From the human T2T-CHM13v2.0 reference genome, Homo sapiens, in assembly GCF_009914755.1 (NCBI RefSeq), contig NC_060925.1: DNA of 64,000 bases. One strand, written 5' to 3'. Below, one piece after another: positions 28,101 to 40,070 of the stretch. Each line of letters opens with the position of its first letter. The stretch's first letter is position 1. The translations under genes were made by a program, and so were the position numbers. The notes beneath the pieces were generated by a model. That model saw only the letters and a list, made by a program, of their open reading frames with translations, ran no database searches and was not told the origin of the DNA.

Positions 28101-30397
28101 ATTCCCAATTTCATAATAAAGTTGTCACAGATGCACAATTCATTCCATACATTTACTCTAATTTGTAAGGAACCAGGAATTTGTAAGGAACCAGGAATTT
28201 GTAAGGAATTTGATTACTGAATCAAAAACAAAGTAAACAAACTGGTAGGGAGAAACCCATTACGCTGCTAAGAATAACAATATAATTTCAATGTATTATT
28301 TCATAATCATTACTCACTTGCTTGAAACACAGACCAAGATTCCACGCCTGGAACTAGATAGTATATATCTGTTTATAGACTTTACTCCTTACCTTTAGCC
28401 TTGGAAGCTTAAGAAACTCCTCCTCTTCAGAAATTTGTAACAAATGCTCCTGAATATAAGCATCAACCTTATTCAACAAACGGGAGTCTCCCATACAACT
28501 TGCAAAATTTCGGTAAGAGATGCAGCTGGTAACATCCATTCTAGACAGTAAATAATCACCACAAACCTTGGAAAAGAAATATATGAGTGCCAACACTTAC
28601 ATATCTTTTATTCAACAAATATTTAATGTTCAGTGTGGTAAAGACTATGTGAAGATACAAAGAATCAAAAATCACTGTCTTAATACAACAAATGTTAATA
28701 GTGGTAATAACACGTATACAAATGATAAACATCTAATTATGCCATACAGATATGTAAGTTTTAGTTTAAGGAGAGGTACAACAAATTGAAATGCTATGTA
28801 AGTTCACATAAGTATTTTCAAGTAGAATAATTTGGTAAGGCTTCATGAAACGCAGTATCTGAACTGGGCTCTACAGGAGAGATGATGTTGATGTTGAATG
28901 CAGACAGAAGTAGAGAAGATGCTGCAAACAATTTAATTTGGTTGGAGAAAAGATAACTAGGAAATAGTTTTGGAAAGACAGCAACTATATAAGGGAAAAT
29001 CTAGAAACTAAATGCAGGGATATGTACTGTAAATTAAGGAAGGATTTTTGAACAAAGGAGTGGTATTAGAAGAAGGGCTAGCAAATCAAACTTTTTCTTA
29101 AAGGGCCAGATAGTAAAAGCATTTTAGGCTTGTAGGCCATTCTGTTTGTCACAACTGCTCAATTCCGTCACTGTAGCTGGAAAGCAGTGTAGACCATATG
29201 TAAATGAACACACATGGCTGTGTTTGAATAAAACTTTATAAAAATAGGCAGCTGGCCAGTAGGCCTTAAGTTTACTGACCCCCATGCATTAGGGGATTAA
29301 ATGCCTGTTTTCCAAAAGTACTTTTTACTGGCATTAAATTCTAGAAGGAATACTTTTAGAGAGCACAGGAAGTTTAGGAGAACACAGAATTGAGGATATA
29401 AGTTATGTGATTAACTCTTAAGAAAAATATTAATTTTAATTCATGCTATCAAAGGCTGACATAGCCACCCTACCAGAGAAGATTGCTGAAAGGGTCAGAC
29501 TTCAGCCCAAATTATCTGAGAAGAAGTGTGATCTTGCTACATTATTATAGCCAAACAGTTAAAATAACATATTGACTACTCTGAGGGAAAAAAGGGACAT
29601 GTTCAAGTCCTTGAAACTAACAAGATGTTTTATGACAAATTCAGCATTGCAATCACACAAAATAAGACTCCATAAATGATTTTATTTACTTCTGATACTC
29701 TACCTGCTTTACTCGATCCATCTTCAGCTTTTTTGCTGCAGAATAAACATCTTTTACCAATTCCTTATCTGCTTTCAACCTATTTAAAAAAAAAGTTACT
29801 TATGATACCAAAGCCTTAAAACACACTTAATTTAAATATATGTAGCAAGACTTGGAATTTTCTGAAGATATTCCCTAATTATATGGTTTACTTCAAATGT
29901 ACTTACTGAGCAGTGTAGGCATAATTCAACAAGACTTCAACAGCTTCTGGATTGAGATCATCAAATTTAACGTGAGAAATTCCATGAGGATCACTATCAC
30001 TATTAAAGATTTCAAATAAATAGGGACTGCAGCAAGCTAGCACTGCTCTGTGTGCTAACATTTCATGGCCACAGACCTGAAATTATGAAGAATTATAATT
30101 ATAAGTATTGTGGATTATGTGCTTCTCTAGCTAATTACTATATCAGATTCCTTTATCTTACATTTCTCAGTATTCTTTTAAAAAATCATTTCATTAAATG
30201 CCTATGAAAAAGAAATAAGCAAATCTAAGAACTTATGGCTTTTAGTAATAAAAAATTCTATAAATTTTGAATTAAGTTTTAAATACCTGAAGTCGAACAT
30301 CACAGAACTGGCCACTTTTCCTCAGGGCATTTAATTTGGCAACAGAAGACTCAATAAAATTTTCATCCTCAAACATCAAATATCCATTGGGAATCAT
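18939..30397 (-). CDS. IVNS1ABP: IVNS1ABP (influenza virus NS1A-binding protein, NS1-BP/KLHL39), 642 aa BTB-BACK-6xKelch, 13 coding exons
   Basis: Join of 30397-30287, 30076-29907, 29779-29704, 28566-28393, 28043-27918, 26547-26440, 22467-22338, 22100-21876, 21462-21341, 21247-21121, 21034-20903, 20787-20614, 19192-18939 = 1929 nt; all introns GT-AG with consistent phases; reads [14 protein letters not shown]...[10 protein letters not shown]. Confidence 0.98.
19683..19815 (+). mobile_element. Alu monomer (FLAM-like)
   Basis: GGCCAGATGCGGTGGCTCATGCCTATAATCCC...GAGACCATGTCTC, flanked by duplicated TAAAATGATT. Confidence 0.85.
20614..20787 (-). CDS. IVNS1ABP: IVNS1ABP exon 14
   Basis: [57 protein letters not shown]; AG acceptor and GTGAGT donor. 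Confidence 0.97.
20903..21034 (-). CDS. IVNS1ABP: IVNS1ABP exon 13
   Basis: [43 protein letters not shown]; GTAAGT donor. Confidence 0.96.
21121..21247 (-). CDS. IVNS1ABP: IVNS1ABP exon 12
   Basis: [42 protein letters not shown]. Confidence 0.96.
21341..21462 (-). CDS. IVNS1ABP: IVNS1ABP exon 11
   Basis: [40 protein letters not shown]; GTAAGC donor. Confidence 0.96.
21876..22100 (-). CDS. IVNS1ABP: IVNS1ABP exon 10
   Basis: [33 protein letters not shown]...[17 protein letters not shown]; GTAAGA donor. Confidence 0.96.
22338..22467 (-). CDS. IVNS1ABP: IVNS1ABP exon 9
   Basis: [43 protein letters not shown]; TTTTGCAG acceptor and GTAAGT donor. Confidence 0.96.
26440..26547 (-). CDS. IVNS1ABP: IVNS1ABP exon 8
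   Basis: [36 protein letters not shown]; TTTTGCAG acceptor and CAG|GTACAC donor. Confidence 0.95.
27521..27529 (-). CDS. IVNS1ABP: Candidate alternative IVNS1ABP exon 7b, coding part 'VY*' (221-aa Kelch-less isoform or poison exon)
   Basis: Branch-like TTCTAAT, pyrimidine tract and CCCCATAG|GTT TAT TAA, in phase 0 after exon 7 (219 codons). Confidence 0.65.
   Translation of the reverse strand, partial: VY
27918..28043 (-). CDS. IVNS1ABP: IVNS1ABP exon 7
   Basis: [42 protein letters not shown]; GTTAGT donor. Confidence 0.96.
28160..28208. repeat. 18-bp tandem repeat AATTTGTAAGGAACCAGG, about 2.7 copies
   Basis: Directly visible in intron 6. Confidence 0.9.
28393..28566 (-). CDS. IVNS1ABP: IVNS1ABP exon 6 (BACK domain)
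   Basis: [58 protein letters not shown]; GTAAGG donor. Confidence 0.97.
29075..29285. mobile_element. MER58A-like hAT DNA transposon
   Basis: AAAGGGCCAGATAGTAAA...TTTTAGGCTT...ACAACTGCTCAA...AATAAAACTTTAT...TTTACTGACCCC. Confidence 0.75.
29704..29779 (-). CDS. IVNS1ABP: IVNS1ABP exon 5
   Basis: [25 protein letters not shown]. Confidence 0.96.
29907..30076 (-). CDS. IVNS1ABP: IVNS1ABP exon 4 (BTB domain)
   Basis: [56 protein letters not shown]; the BTB AHRAVLA motif is present. Confidence 0.97.
30287..30397 (-). CDS. IVNS1ABP: IVNS1ABP exon 3 coding part (start codon; the exon begins at 30415)
   Basis: [37 protein letters not shown]; acceptor TTTCATCATCTAG 18 nt upstream of the ATG. Confidence 0.97.
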
Positions 30398-31229
30398 TTT
30401 TCCTTATAAATTTGGCTAGATGATGAAAAGAAAGCTGAGTTATTTTACTTGCAACTGATGGTTTTAAAAATATAATGCTAAAGAGTAATACAGTCTCTTT
30501 ATTCTCAAATTCCATCCTATAAACAACACATAAAAATTTCATCACACAAAAACTTAGCTGAAACAACACCTGTGTTGAATGTCCAAGTCTTTGTTCCCTA
30601 ATACTTTGGTCATAAGACTTTTAAAGGATTCAAACAGTAGCAGCTATCTCGACAATTTTGGCCAGGTTCCCATGCCCATTAAGCAAATTCATTCTGAAGG
30701 GAAGGGAAGGGAAGGAAACGAAACTCCATCCTGCCCAAACCCATATAATAAGTAATCTAAAAGCCTGAAAGGGTGAAATAGCCAGTACATATAGGTTTCC
30801 TTGGATTTGGGCTCCTGTCATTCCTTTACCCACAAATGAGAAAAACTGTTACTTATCCTAATCCTAGCCTTTTTCAGTTGTCTTAAAGGGCCCCCAATTT
30901 GCTTCTAGTCTTCAAAATTATATATAATCAAGATTTATATGCAGAAAATTGCCTAATGTCTTCCTCCCTTGCCTAGTACACAAACTTAAAAAGTCTGATT
31001 AGTCTTGTCACTGTATCTACGAAATTATTTTTATAAATGTTTTGAAACATATACAGTGATTTAAAAAGATGAACTTATATTCTGTTCCTTTCTTTCATAT
31101 ATTCTAAATCACTTATCTCATCAGATTATATAAATATAAATGGGAACTTACAACTTTTTTGCATTTTACCATTACTTATAAACAACTGACTAATGACTAC
31201 ACAAAATGCATAATTAAAAAACAGTGATA

Positions 31230-31796
<567 letters not shown>

Positions 31797-31998
31797 GCAG
31801 TAAGAAATTTTAATTTGAAGTTACTGATTTATTTAAAGTCAAAATATAGAAAAGAAAAATATGATGTTTTTTATACTCAAATGATTACTGACTTCTCTGC
31901 CTTTAAAAAAAGAGTATGAAAGGTTTACTGTACTCGACATCCGTCTTCAGAAAAACAATGTGTCTTAATACTGGACTAGGCAGAGAACATTCACTTAC

Positions 31999-32226
31999 CT
32001 ACTCTGTTGGTGGCAAATGTATTTCTGGGAACTCTTAAGTAATCCAAGGACAAAGGAGTGTTAAAAGGTGCACTTCGTCAGGGTATGAAGACAGGTGGTT
32101 GAAATGAAGGCAGGTGTGTCTTAAGCTCTAATGGTGATTCCAAAACTATCAGGCTTGAAAATGATGTAATCAAGTCCTTAAAAGCTATAGACACGAATTT
32201 CTTCTGTGATAATGATGCATCATAAT
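31999..32226 (-). other. IVNS1ABP: IVNS1ABP exon 2 (5'UTR, 228 nt)
   Basis: Branch CTAAC, acceptor TTGTTATAG|ATT, and consensus donor TAG|GTAAGT. Confidence 0.85.
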
Positions 32227-35200
32227 CTATAACAATGATAAATTTAAGTTAGATATTCAGAATAATCAAAGACTGTCATTGATCTAGGTAGAGCAGATCA
32301 TGTAAAACAAGTCCTGATCTTCAAGAGATTTGACATAAATGGCAAAAATATTCCCATTACATAAAAAAAGAACACAAATGCAATTCCACATAAACATTTT
32401 TCATTTAACTTGCAACAACCCAAGTGATTAAAAAAAAAAAAAAAAGTCCTTTCCCAAAGGGCAGGGGCTAATGACCTATGTTTATGAGAGGTATAAAAGC
32501 ACAAGACTACAAAACAAATGTCAATACTGTTTAATTCTAATATTCTTTATTATTAATTTCCAACTAATATGCAAACATGAGATCTGTTTTGAGCCAGCAA
32601 GCAACCTTAGGCATTATTCCCAAGCATATATACTATGTTACTGTTCCTCAAAATGAACTCTGCACTTCCCAGGCTCTGTTAACTTTGTTCAAGTTCTTCT
32701 CTCTACCTGGAAGGCCCTTAACCCAACCTCTGCCAGAGGAAATCTTACAGCCATAGAGCCTCTGCCAAATGCTCCCAGTTGGGAAGCAGTTTCTCCTCAT
32801 CCTCCACATTTAGAACCCTATCTGAGGGGTATTTATGATCTTCCAGCTGGTCTGTTTCATGCTGTATTTATATTCATGCTGTATTTATATATACTTGTTT
32901 ATCTTCCTTGACTCATGGGCAAACCTTCTGTCTTGTTCATCTTTTGTATCCATCCCATCTCCTCTCTACCAGGACTAGCCTAAAAACTTGAACATAAAGA
33001 TGAGTAATTTGTTGGAATAAACTAAACAGAAGGGAAAATACTGATGCCTGTGCTTTGTATAATCATTTTTCTCATACACAGTAATAAACTACCAATGGAA
33101 TCATTCTGGTTCAAACCTAATCTTCAAGGTAATCAGTCCTCCTACCTATTCTCCCTCCCTCATTTTCACATCATCAATTACTAGTGTCAAATTCTGATGG
33201 TACTTATTTTGTAATCACCTGAACTGCTATTACACCACTATTAACTCTGGAAACCAGAACTAAGGAATAACTTACCTGAAATACGTGCAAATATATTCAT
33301 TTTTATGGATATCTTAAGATTATTTGCCTTATACATCAATACAACAATTCTAAATCTAACAATTACGTCAAAGTGAATAATCACTTACCACAGGACTCCA
33401 CTGCAGGCTGGTCCAGTTCGAATTCAACAAACCTACTATGTTTAGTTCAACATGTGTCCTAACAGGTCTCTCTGTAACAGGTTTCATTTCAAGGAAACCC
33501 AATAATGCCAATTCGGGTTGGGATTGTTGTGAATGCTTACCCTTGCATCAAAACTATATCACAGCATTAGGTAATATTGATTTCCTCTGCTCTACCTTTT
33601 ATCTAGGTTAGTTAATTTGGCTTTTCTCTAAGAAACTAGTTCTAACAAATGTTTTCCAAATATACATAATTCTTTCTACACAGAGAGAACACACTATCCT
33701 AAAGAAACCTTCAAACATTTTCAGCCAAGACCTGGCTCAAACTAAGAAAATTTTCATATATATATGATTTATACTGGCATGGTCAATTCACAGGCATAGT
33801 TGGCAACTCCTAACTTCAGTTTCATAAGCTGCTCTTAAAATAAGAGGAAGGAGTCCCCATGCAAATTGTTATATTAAAATGCATCCTCTGAAAAGCCAAA
33901 AACATTATAATATGAAGGTACTATTTTAAACTTTGACCAGTTTTACTCACTTTTTACTTGTAAACTTGATCTAACAAAAAATAAAAATGGTATCCACTTA
34001 CTATATTTGACAAATTGAATGATCTACCTAAAATTTATTTTGGAAAAAAATGGTTAAAATTACTGCAGCCCTTGGAGAAAACACTGGAGAATTTTTGGGG
34101 CAATTTGCATCAGACAAATTTGTACAATATTATTATGAGTTTTGCAGTAAAATGAATCCTGTATTTAGTGCTTGATTTTTATTTAGTTTTTACTCTAATT
34201 CCATGACAGTACCTGATTTTTAGTACATCAAGGTCATAATATGAACCTCATCTCTTTAATATCTACTGATCAGAGTACAAAGCTACTTGATTTTAAAAGC
34301 CAGCCCAAATCTAGATGACATTTAAGTTAATGCAAACTTACTTTATTCAATTATTGTCCTCATACACTATATACCTACTTCCCGCCCACCTCAAGTTTGG
34401 AGGGGATCAGATCAATTCCTGTCTGTAAAACCATGTTTTTGAAAGTTCCTATTTACTTTCATTAAAGTGAGCTAGGGCAAATCAAGAGTTTTAAACTACT
34501 CCCCAAATTGACGGGAGATCTTATTTGGTCTATAAAACTCAAGCACGATAACTAGTGGAATTAAAAAATGGGGAAAATTGTTTTCTTTGAAAATCCAAAC
34601 CAAAAGTCCAGACATCCCAGAGTCATATAAGAGTATGAAACGTAGAATTGTTTGGTGTTTAAAATACACTTTCAACTAAATCTACACCTAGGTCACTTTT
34701 CTTACACATTTAAAATTAAAACTAGGATCAAATACAATATATTCAGATAAATTCAGCATACTTCTATGGCCACTGCAAGGGATACCGAAGACTCATAAAT
34801 GAGTAATTAAACTGCTTTAATAACACCCAGAAGTTCACAGCCCGGAAAGATTAGCTTAAGTGAAATACAATTCAACAGGTCTTATCAAAGAGTTGTTAAA
34901 AAGGTAGGCACAATATGGCCTCTGCTAAAATTTTTCTCTGGCCTTCAGTAAGACCAAGATAAAACAAAAGACAATCGTTTGAGGGCAGTCAGCTCCCACC
35001 AAGTAGCCATCAGCTGCATTTTTAAAGGAAAGACTTTATAATACAAAGTAAATCAACACATCTTTTTAAAACCAGAAGTTACAGCTTTCCAAAGTAACCT
35101 CTAAAACCACCATCACCATCCATGTATATGAAAACTCGCTGAACTCATTCATTCTATCCATGCTCATAGTTTTGTAATTCTTTCACTACAACACAAACAT

Positions 35201-37889
35201 ATGTAGCACCAAACATATGGAAGGCACAAACTGAAATGGAATGCTCATATCATAACACAATAGAAGTTAACTCAGTTCTCTAGCCTGGAACACTTCACAG
35301 GCCAGTCAGAAAGATAAAACAAGCTGTGAAATAGCTTAAGCAGAAAGGAAAAAAGGTATGATAGCAAATATATTCCAGAAACTGCAGCTATTTCAGTTTC
35401 AATAGATTGTAGATTTGCAGGATGCATATGGTAATAGTGGGCGAGGAAGTAAGAGAGCCTAATTCCAAGGTTTAAACAATGCTAAGCATGGAAAGTAGGT
35501 GAAGGATTTAAACAAGGAAGCATAGGGCATCCTAGCAGAAGTGTGGGGGATGGTCTAGAGGAATGAGTAAAGCATGGAAACAGGGCAGTTAAGATTCTGT
35601 ACACCCATGCTCCTTTAAGGCAGTGAGGACTTAAGATATTTTATCTTAGATATGTGGCATCCTTATTAACATCAATTATCAAAATTAAGATATGTGGCAT
35701 CCTTATTAAAATCAATTACCAAAAAGCATAACACAAAGTCGTTTATAGTTTGCTACATGGAGAAGGGAAGGAAGGAAAGGAAGAATTTGGTTTGAGACGT
35801 TCTAATGCTGAGGTATCTGCATGTTAATAACAAAAATATAATAGTATGATGTTAAGTATAGGTTCAGAAACATTTACAAGATATACAACTTGTAGTTTAC
35901 AAGTATGTATTTTCTGTTGTTTTAACAAAAACCCAGAAATCAATCTCTTACTCACAATACTTCAATCTACACACACACTAGCACATGCACATGACATGGT
36001 GGGAAGACCCCCAACCTTTAATAATTCCTACTTGCAGGATTTGACTATACAATCGCACTGCTAAAAAGTGGATGAAATGACTTACTTAGTGTTACTTCAT
36101 CTTAATATCAATTAAGATACTTCCTTAACAGGAAAACATTTATATTTAAAAACGTATTTGCAAAACTACATTTAATTACCATCTAACAAATCCTTCAAGC
36201 AAGAAAAAATCCCACCTTCCAAAAGCAAGTAGCCAAAAAGACACTAATTTAAAACTAAGACTAAAACCTGAAATGTTTTGTCTTGGGGGGAAAGTTAGAA
36301 AATCAACTACAAATTAAGACAATGGCTATAGAAATTAGTATCTATTAGTTAACCAGAGATATCATCTATTAGGAAAACACAGAGGAAAACCATTCCAGGG
36401 CTCTCTTTGGTCAGTGGCTCAAGTTCCGTTTACCTCTGGCTACCAAATTATAAGCTTGATAAGCAGCCTGCCAGCTGGCGTTAAATGATACTAGTCTCAA
36501 TTCAATTCTAAAGTCCATGTTTACCTCACGTCCAGACTTAACAAATACAACTACTCTTTCAGTATCTTTAAGACAGAAGTGTCAGCAGGCTTTAGCCTAA
36601 AAGTAATCATCAGTATTTTGTTTTTCCTAAATCAATCACTGGTGCTAGAATTATTAAAAGAAAGCATGGCCTGTGGCAGTCTAGTCCATGCTGTACTTAT
36701 TCATCTGTTAAGAGTGGTACTAGGCTTCCAGAGTTGTCATCTATTAGTAGACAGAAGACCACGACACACTCAACGAACAGCTTGATGCCAAGGTGTTCTA
36801 ACGCTCCATCACTGCACGCTCCATCACAAAAATGCGCCCTTTTGGACATCTGATTTCTCCTTGAAATGTCAGCTGTCTCAAACCAATAGATATGTCCACT
36901 ACCTATTGGGGGAAAAAGTAAATGTAGTTCTCAAGTAGTGGTTCAAGTTACCCTAGGTTCAACCCTCAGCCTGATACCTTCCTATCATCAAGAGCTTATA
37001 ATCAGAGACACTTAACCAAAAGCGTGGAGGGACGGAAAAAGAGCAAATCTTGCCACTGATTTCTTTCATAAAAAAGAAAGAGCGTCCCAGGCCTTCCTCC
37101 TCGCGCAGCCAGGCCGGCGCCCACTCCGCAGGCTGCGAGGCGAGGCCCCCAGCACCCGCACACCCCCGCCCCGGATTGGCCAGCCCCGCAGTCACTCAGT
37201 ACCGACACGTCAGGGCAGCCGCTCCCTCCCTCCTCCCGCCCCCTTCTCCCCGCGCTTGGCAAGAAAAGCGGGCAACGTGGAGCGGGAACAAAGGACCCCG
37301 CGGCCCACGGCGATCGGGGACTCCGTGCCACCCTACTCCAGGCCCGGGGCTGGCTGCCCGCCCACACGAGCCGAGTCTCGAGAGCTCTTCCAGAAGAGAA
37401 TCCCAAACCCCAGGCAAACCCGAGGCGAGGCGTCCGTTCCTGACAGCAAGAACGGGGAGTCCCGCGCCCTCCTTCCGGCGGGTCATCCCCGCCCGCGGCG
37501 CCCTAACCCAGGCCCCCCAAAACCCTTCGAACAAAAAACTCTTGTTCCTCCCAGCCTGCCTCACCCGCGCCAGTGTAGCAAAGGGGCTCCAGCCTCCGCG
37601 CTCTCCGAGGCGACCGGCGCCCGCTCTCGGCCGCCAACGCAACTTGGCAACCATGGCAGCGCTGGAGCGCGGGCCCAGCGCGGCGCGGGCTTCACGTCCC
37701 AGAGGGCGGCGGCGGCCGCTTGGGGCTGCCTCCCCTGATGAGGACACCGCTTCCGCGCCTCCCACCCTCTTCCCATCCGCCGGCGCCATCCCTTCTTCTC
37801 GGATTCTAGCCGCGCCGTCTCCCTCATCTGTCGTTCGTAGAACCAGCGCGTATTACCTGGTTCATCTCTGAAGAGATGGAAACATTCAT
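32185..37889 (-). CDS. Spliced upstream ORF, 24 aa MNVSISSEMNQIMMHHYHRRNSCL (37889-37857 joined to 32226-32185)
   Basis: ATG with G at -3 in exon 1, phase-0 junction into exon 2, TAG at 32187-32185; translation not proven. Confidence 0.55.
35646..35722. repeat. About 41-bp tandem duplication
   Basis: AGATATGTGGCATCCTTATTAA.ATCAATTA.CAAAA occurs twice. Confidence 0.85.
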
Positions 37890-38720
37890 TTCTAGAGCTT
37901 CGATGGGAAGCAGGAGGAAGCGGGCGGGAATCGGCCCAACGGAAAGCGCCAGAAGGCGGCGGAAGACGGGAGCGGTCAAGTAGAAGGACGAGGGGCCAGT
38001 CCGTGGAGACTGAAAGGAAGGGGGAGCGCCACCGAGAACTCGCGGGAACTCGCTCGCTCGCCGATACAGCCGCGCCGAAGCAGCAGGCGGAGAAACTGCG
38101 CCCAGCAGCTCTGAGCGACCGACCTCCACGCGCGACCGGGAGACACTGCCTCCGCCGCCGCCGACCGCTCGCGCCGCACCCCCTCGCACGTCACCACGTG
38201 CGCTGCCGCCGCCGACGCCTCCCAGCCCGCTTCCGTCTCGAATCCATCTGCAAATCACAGGCGAGCTCCATAAAGATCCCACTCTAAGCCCCGCCCCACC
38301 CGCGGCCCCGCCCACATCCCGCCCCGCCTTCCTCCCTGGTCTACTGGGGTTCCTTCCTTCTCGGTGTAACTAGGTCAGCGCAAGGTGATCCTGAGGAGAT
38401 AGGCGGCGCTCGGGGGGCGCCCTCGTTCCTCTTATCGCGCCTTTGTCCCTCCCTCCGTTCCTTGCCCCGCACCCTCACTTTCGCCGCCCTGTGCGTTGCC
38501 TGTCCCGGAACTGGTTCCCTCAAGCCGCCCTCACCTGTTCTGACTTCCCCTCGAGGCACAATAGCCTGAGAGATCAGACGTGGGAGATTAGATTGCTCGG
38601 CGTCAGACCTACTTCTAGGCAACCCCCCCTAGACTGGAGCTGCTCGTCGTGGACATTAGGATCTAGTTGGGCATGAGCCCTTAACTTAAGGGTCGGGGGG
38701 GAAGTGGCGGGTGCGGAGAG
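37080..38720. promoter_or_regulatory. IVNS1ABP: CpG-island promoter of IVNS1ABP
   Basis: Dense CpG and high GC; GC-box cluster CCCCGCCCC at 38288-38330; E-box CACGTG at 38195-38200. Confidence 0.92.
37857..38147 (-). other. IVNS1ABP: IVNS1ABP exon 1 (5'UTR; TSS approximate)
   Basis: Donor CAG|GTAATA with GT at 37856-37855, inside the CpG island; Inr-like CAGT near 38147. Confidence 0.8.
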
Positions 38721-40070
38721 GAGGCGTGGAGAGTGTGAGGAAGAAGAGAGGCACTCTGAGAAGAAGTCGAACAACTAACCCCTCATTTGGCCTGGTTTGG
38801 GTGAGAAGATTGAGTCACTTGGGGAAAAAAATATTGGAGAAGTCAGAGAAGGTGTAAATCAGTGGTGCCACAAACACCAGTTTACTTCCACTTTTCACCC
38901 CCCGGGTCTGTTTTGTCTGCGTGCAGCTCTCCTCGTGTCGGAGACGCTGAGTCAGTTCTCTACTGGTCTTGCCCTCTTCCGGAAAAAGAAAACACACCTG
39001 AGAAGTGGTAGTTCCTATCCTAACCTACTGGGGCCCTTTATACCAGGTGCCAAACTTCATTATCCACCCCACCACCTTGCCCGGGAGGGAGATCTGTGAA
39101 AGCGAAACGTGATTTAAGCTGGGATCTGGCAGCAACTTCGTGGACTCTGAAGGGCACGTGGGAAAGGAGTTTTGATTGAAGGTGAGGGATTTAGTGAGGT
39201 AAAATTATATCCAAATTAGAGTTTGGTAAAGGCTTCCAGGTTAATGTCCTGTTAACGCTTATCCTGATTTGTGGAGGACACTTAAGCTGTCTAGGCCTAA
39301 CCTTGTGTTTGATCACTCACCTTAATTTGTAGACATTCTAGGAGCTCTTTGTCAATGCCTCTTACCATTTTTATCATTAACTATTTATGCTTATAGAAGC
39401 AGGAAAAATAAATTGTGGGAGCCTTCATCTGCAATAGGTTTACAACTTTTTTTCTAAAATCTTGAGGCAAGGAGACTTATTCCCCCGCCCCTTTTTTTCT
39501 CACAGATTTCTTGTATGTCTCCCTCGCCCCGCCCGCACCCCGTCCCCCCGCCCCCGGACAATTAATTGTAGGAGGAAACAAGAACTAAGATGTCTATTCG
39601 AGTGATTTTTTATATCTTTCTTAAGGAGAAAAAGACTGACATTTGACACTGTGCTCTTGTTTTGTCTTGCTGATAATAACTGACAGCAATGTTTACTTTT
39701 CTTACAAATGAAACTATCAGGGTACGTACTTTTAAGCTCTTTAATACAATGGGTTTCATCCTTCCAGTGGGAGAGTATGAATTGCCCACTCTGCGTAGAC
39801 ACATGACTGCTGGCCTGTTGGACACATGGTCACACTTGCTATACTCTAAATAGTGTCTTTGTGACCTGAAACAGTCAACACTTTTCTTAAAGCTACAGTG
39901 TGCCCACACTCATTGTATTTTTGCTTTGTATGGAATTTCAAATTTACTTATTACCTTCTCTATGAATAATAGCATAACTTATGCATTCCATTTATGCCTT
40001 TCAGGGAACCTGATGGTTAATTTCTACCTCTTAAAGTAACACATTATGTTGTAAGATTTTGCTCTTAATA

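Noticed and set aside
32856-32890. 17-bp tandem duplication TTCATGCTGTATTTATA, and similar small ones at 17576 and 36800
   Set aside because: Ordinary slippage duplications with no evident function
36978-37010. Possible 33-nt minus-strand mini-exon (TTAAG acceptor, AAG|GTATCA donor)
   Set aside because: Weak AAG acceptor and no independent support
37002-38676. Multiple long overlapping ORFs (up to 273 aa) on both strands
   Set aside because: Expected from stop-codon scarcity in a CpG island; low-complexity R/P/A/G content. Only the AUG-initiated spliced uORF is retained
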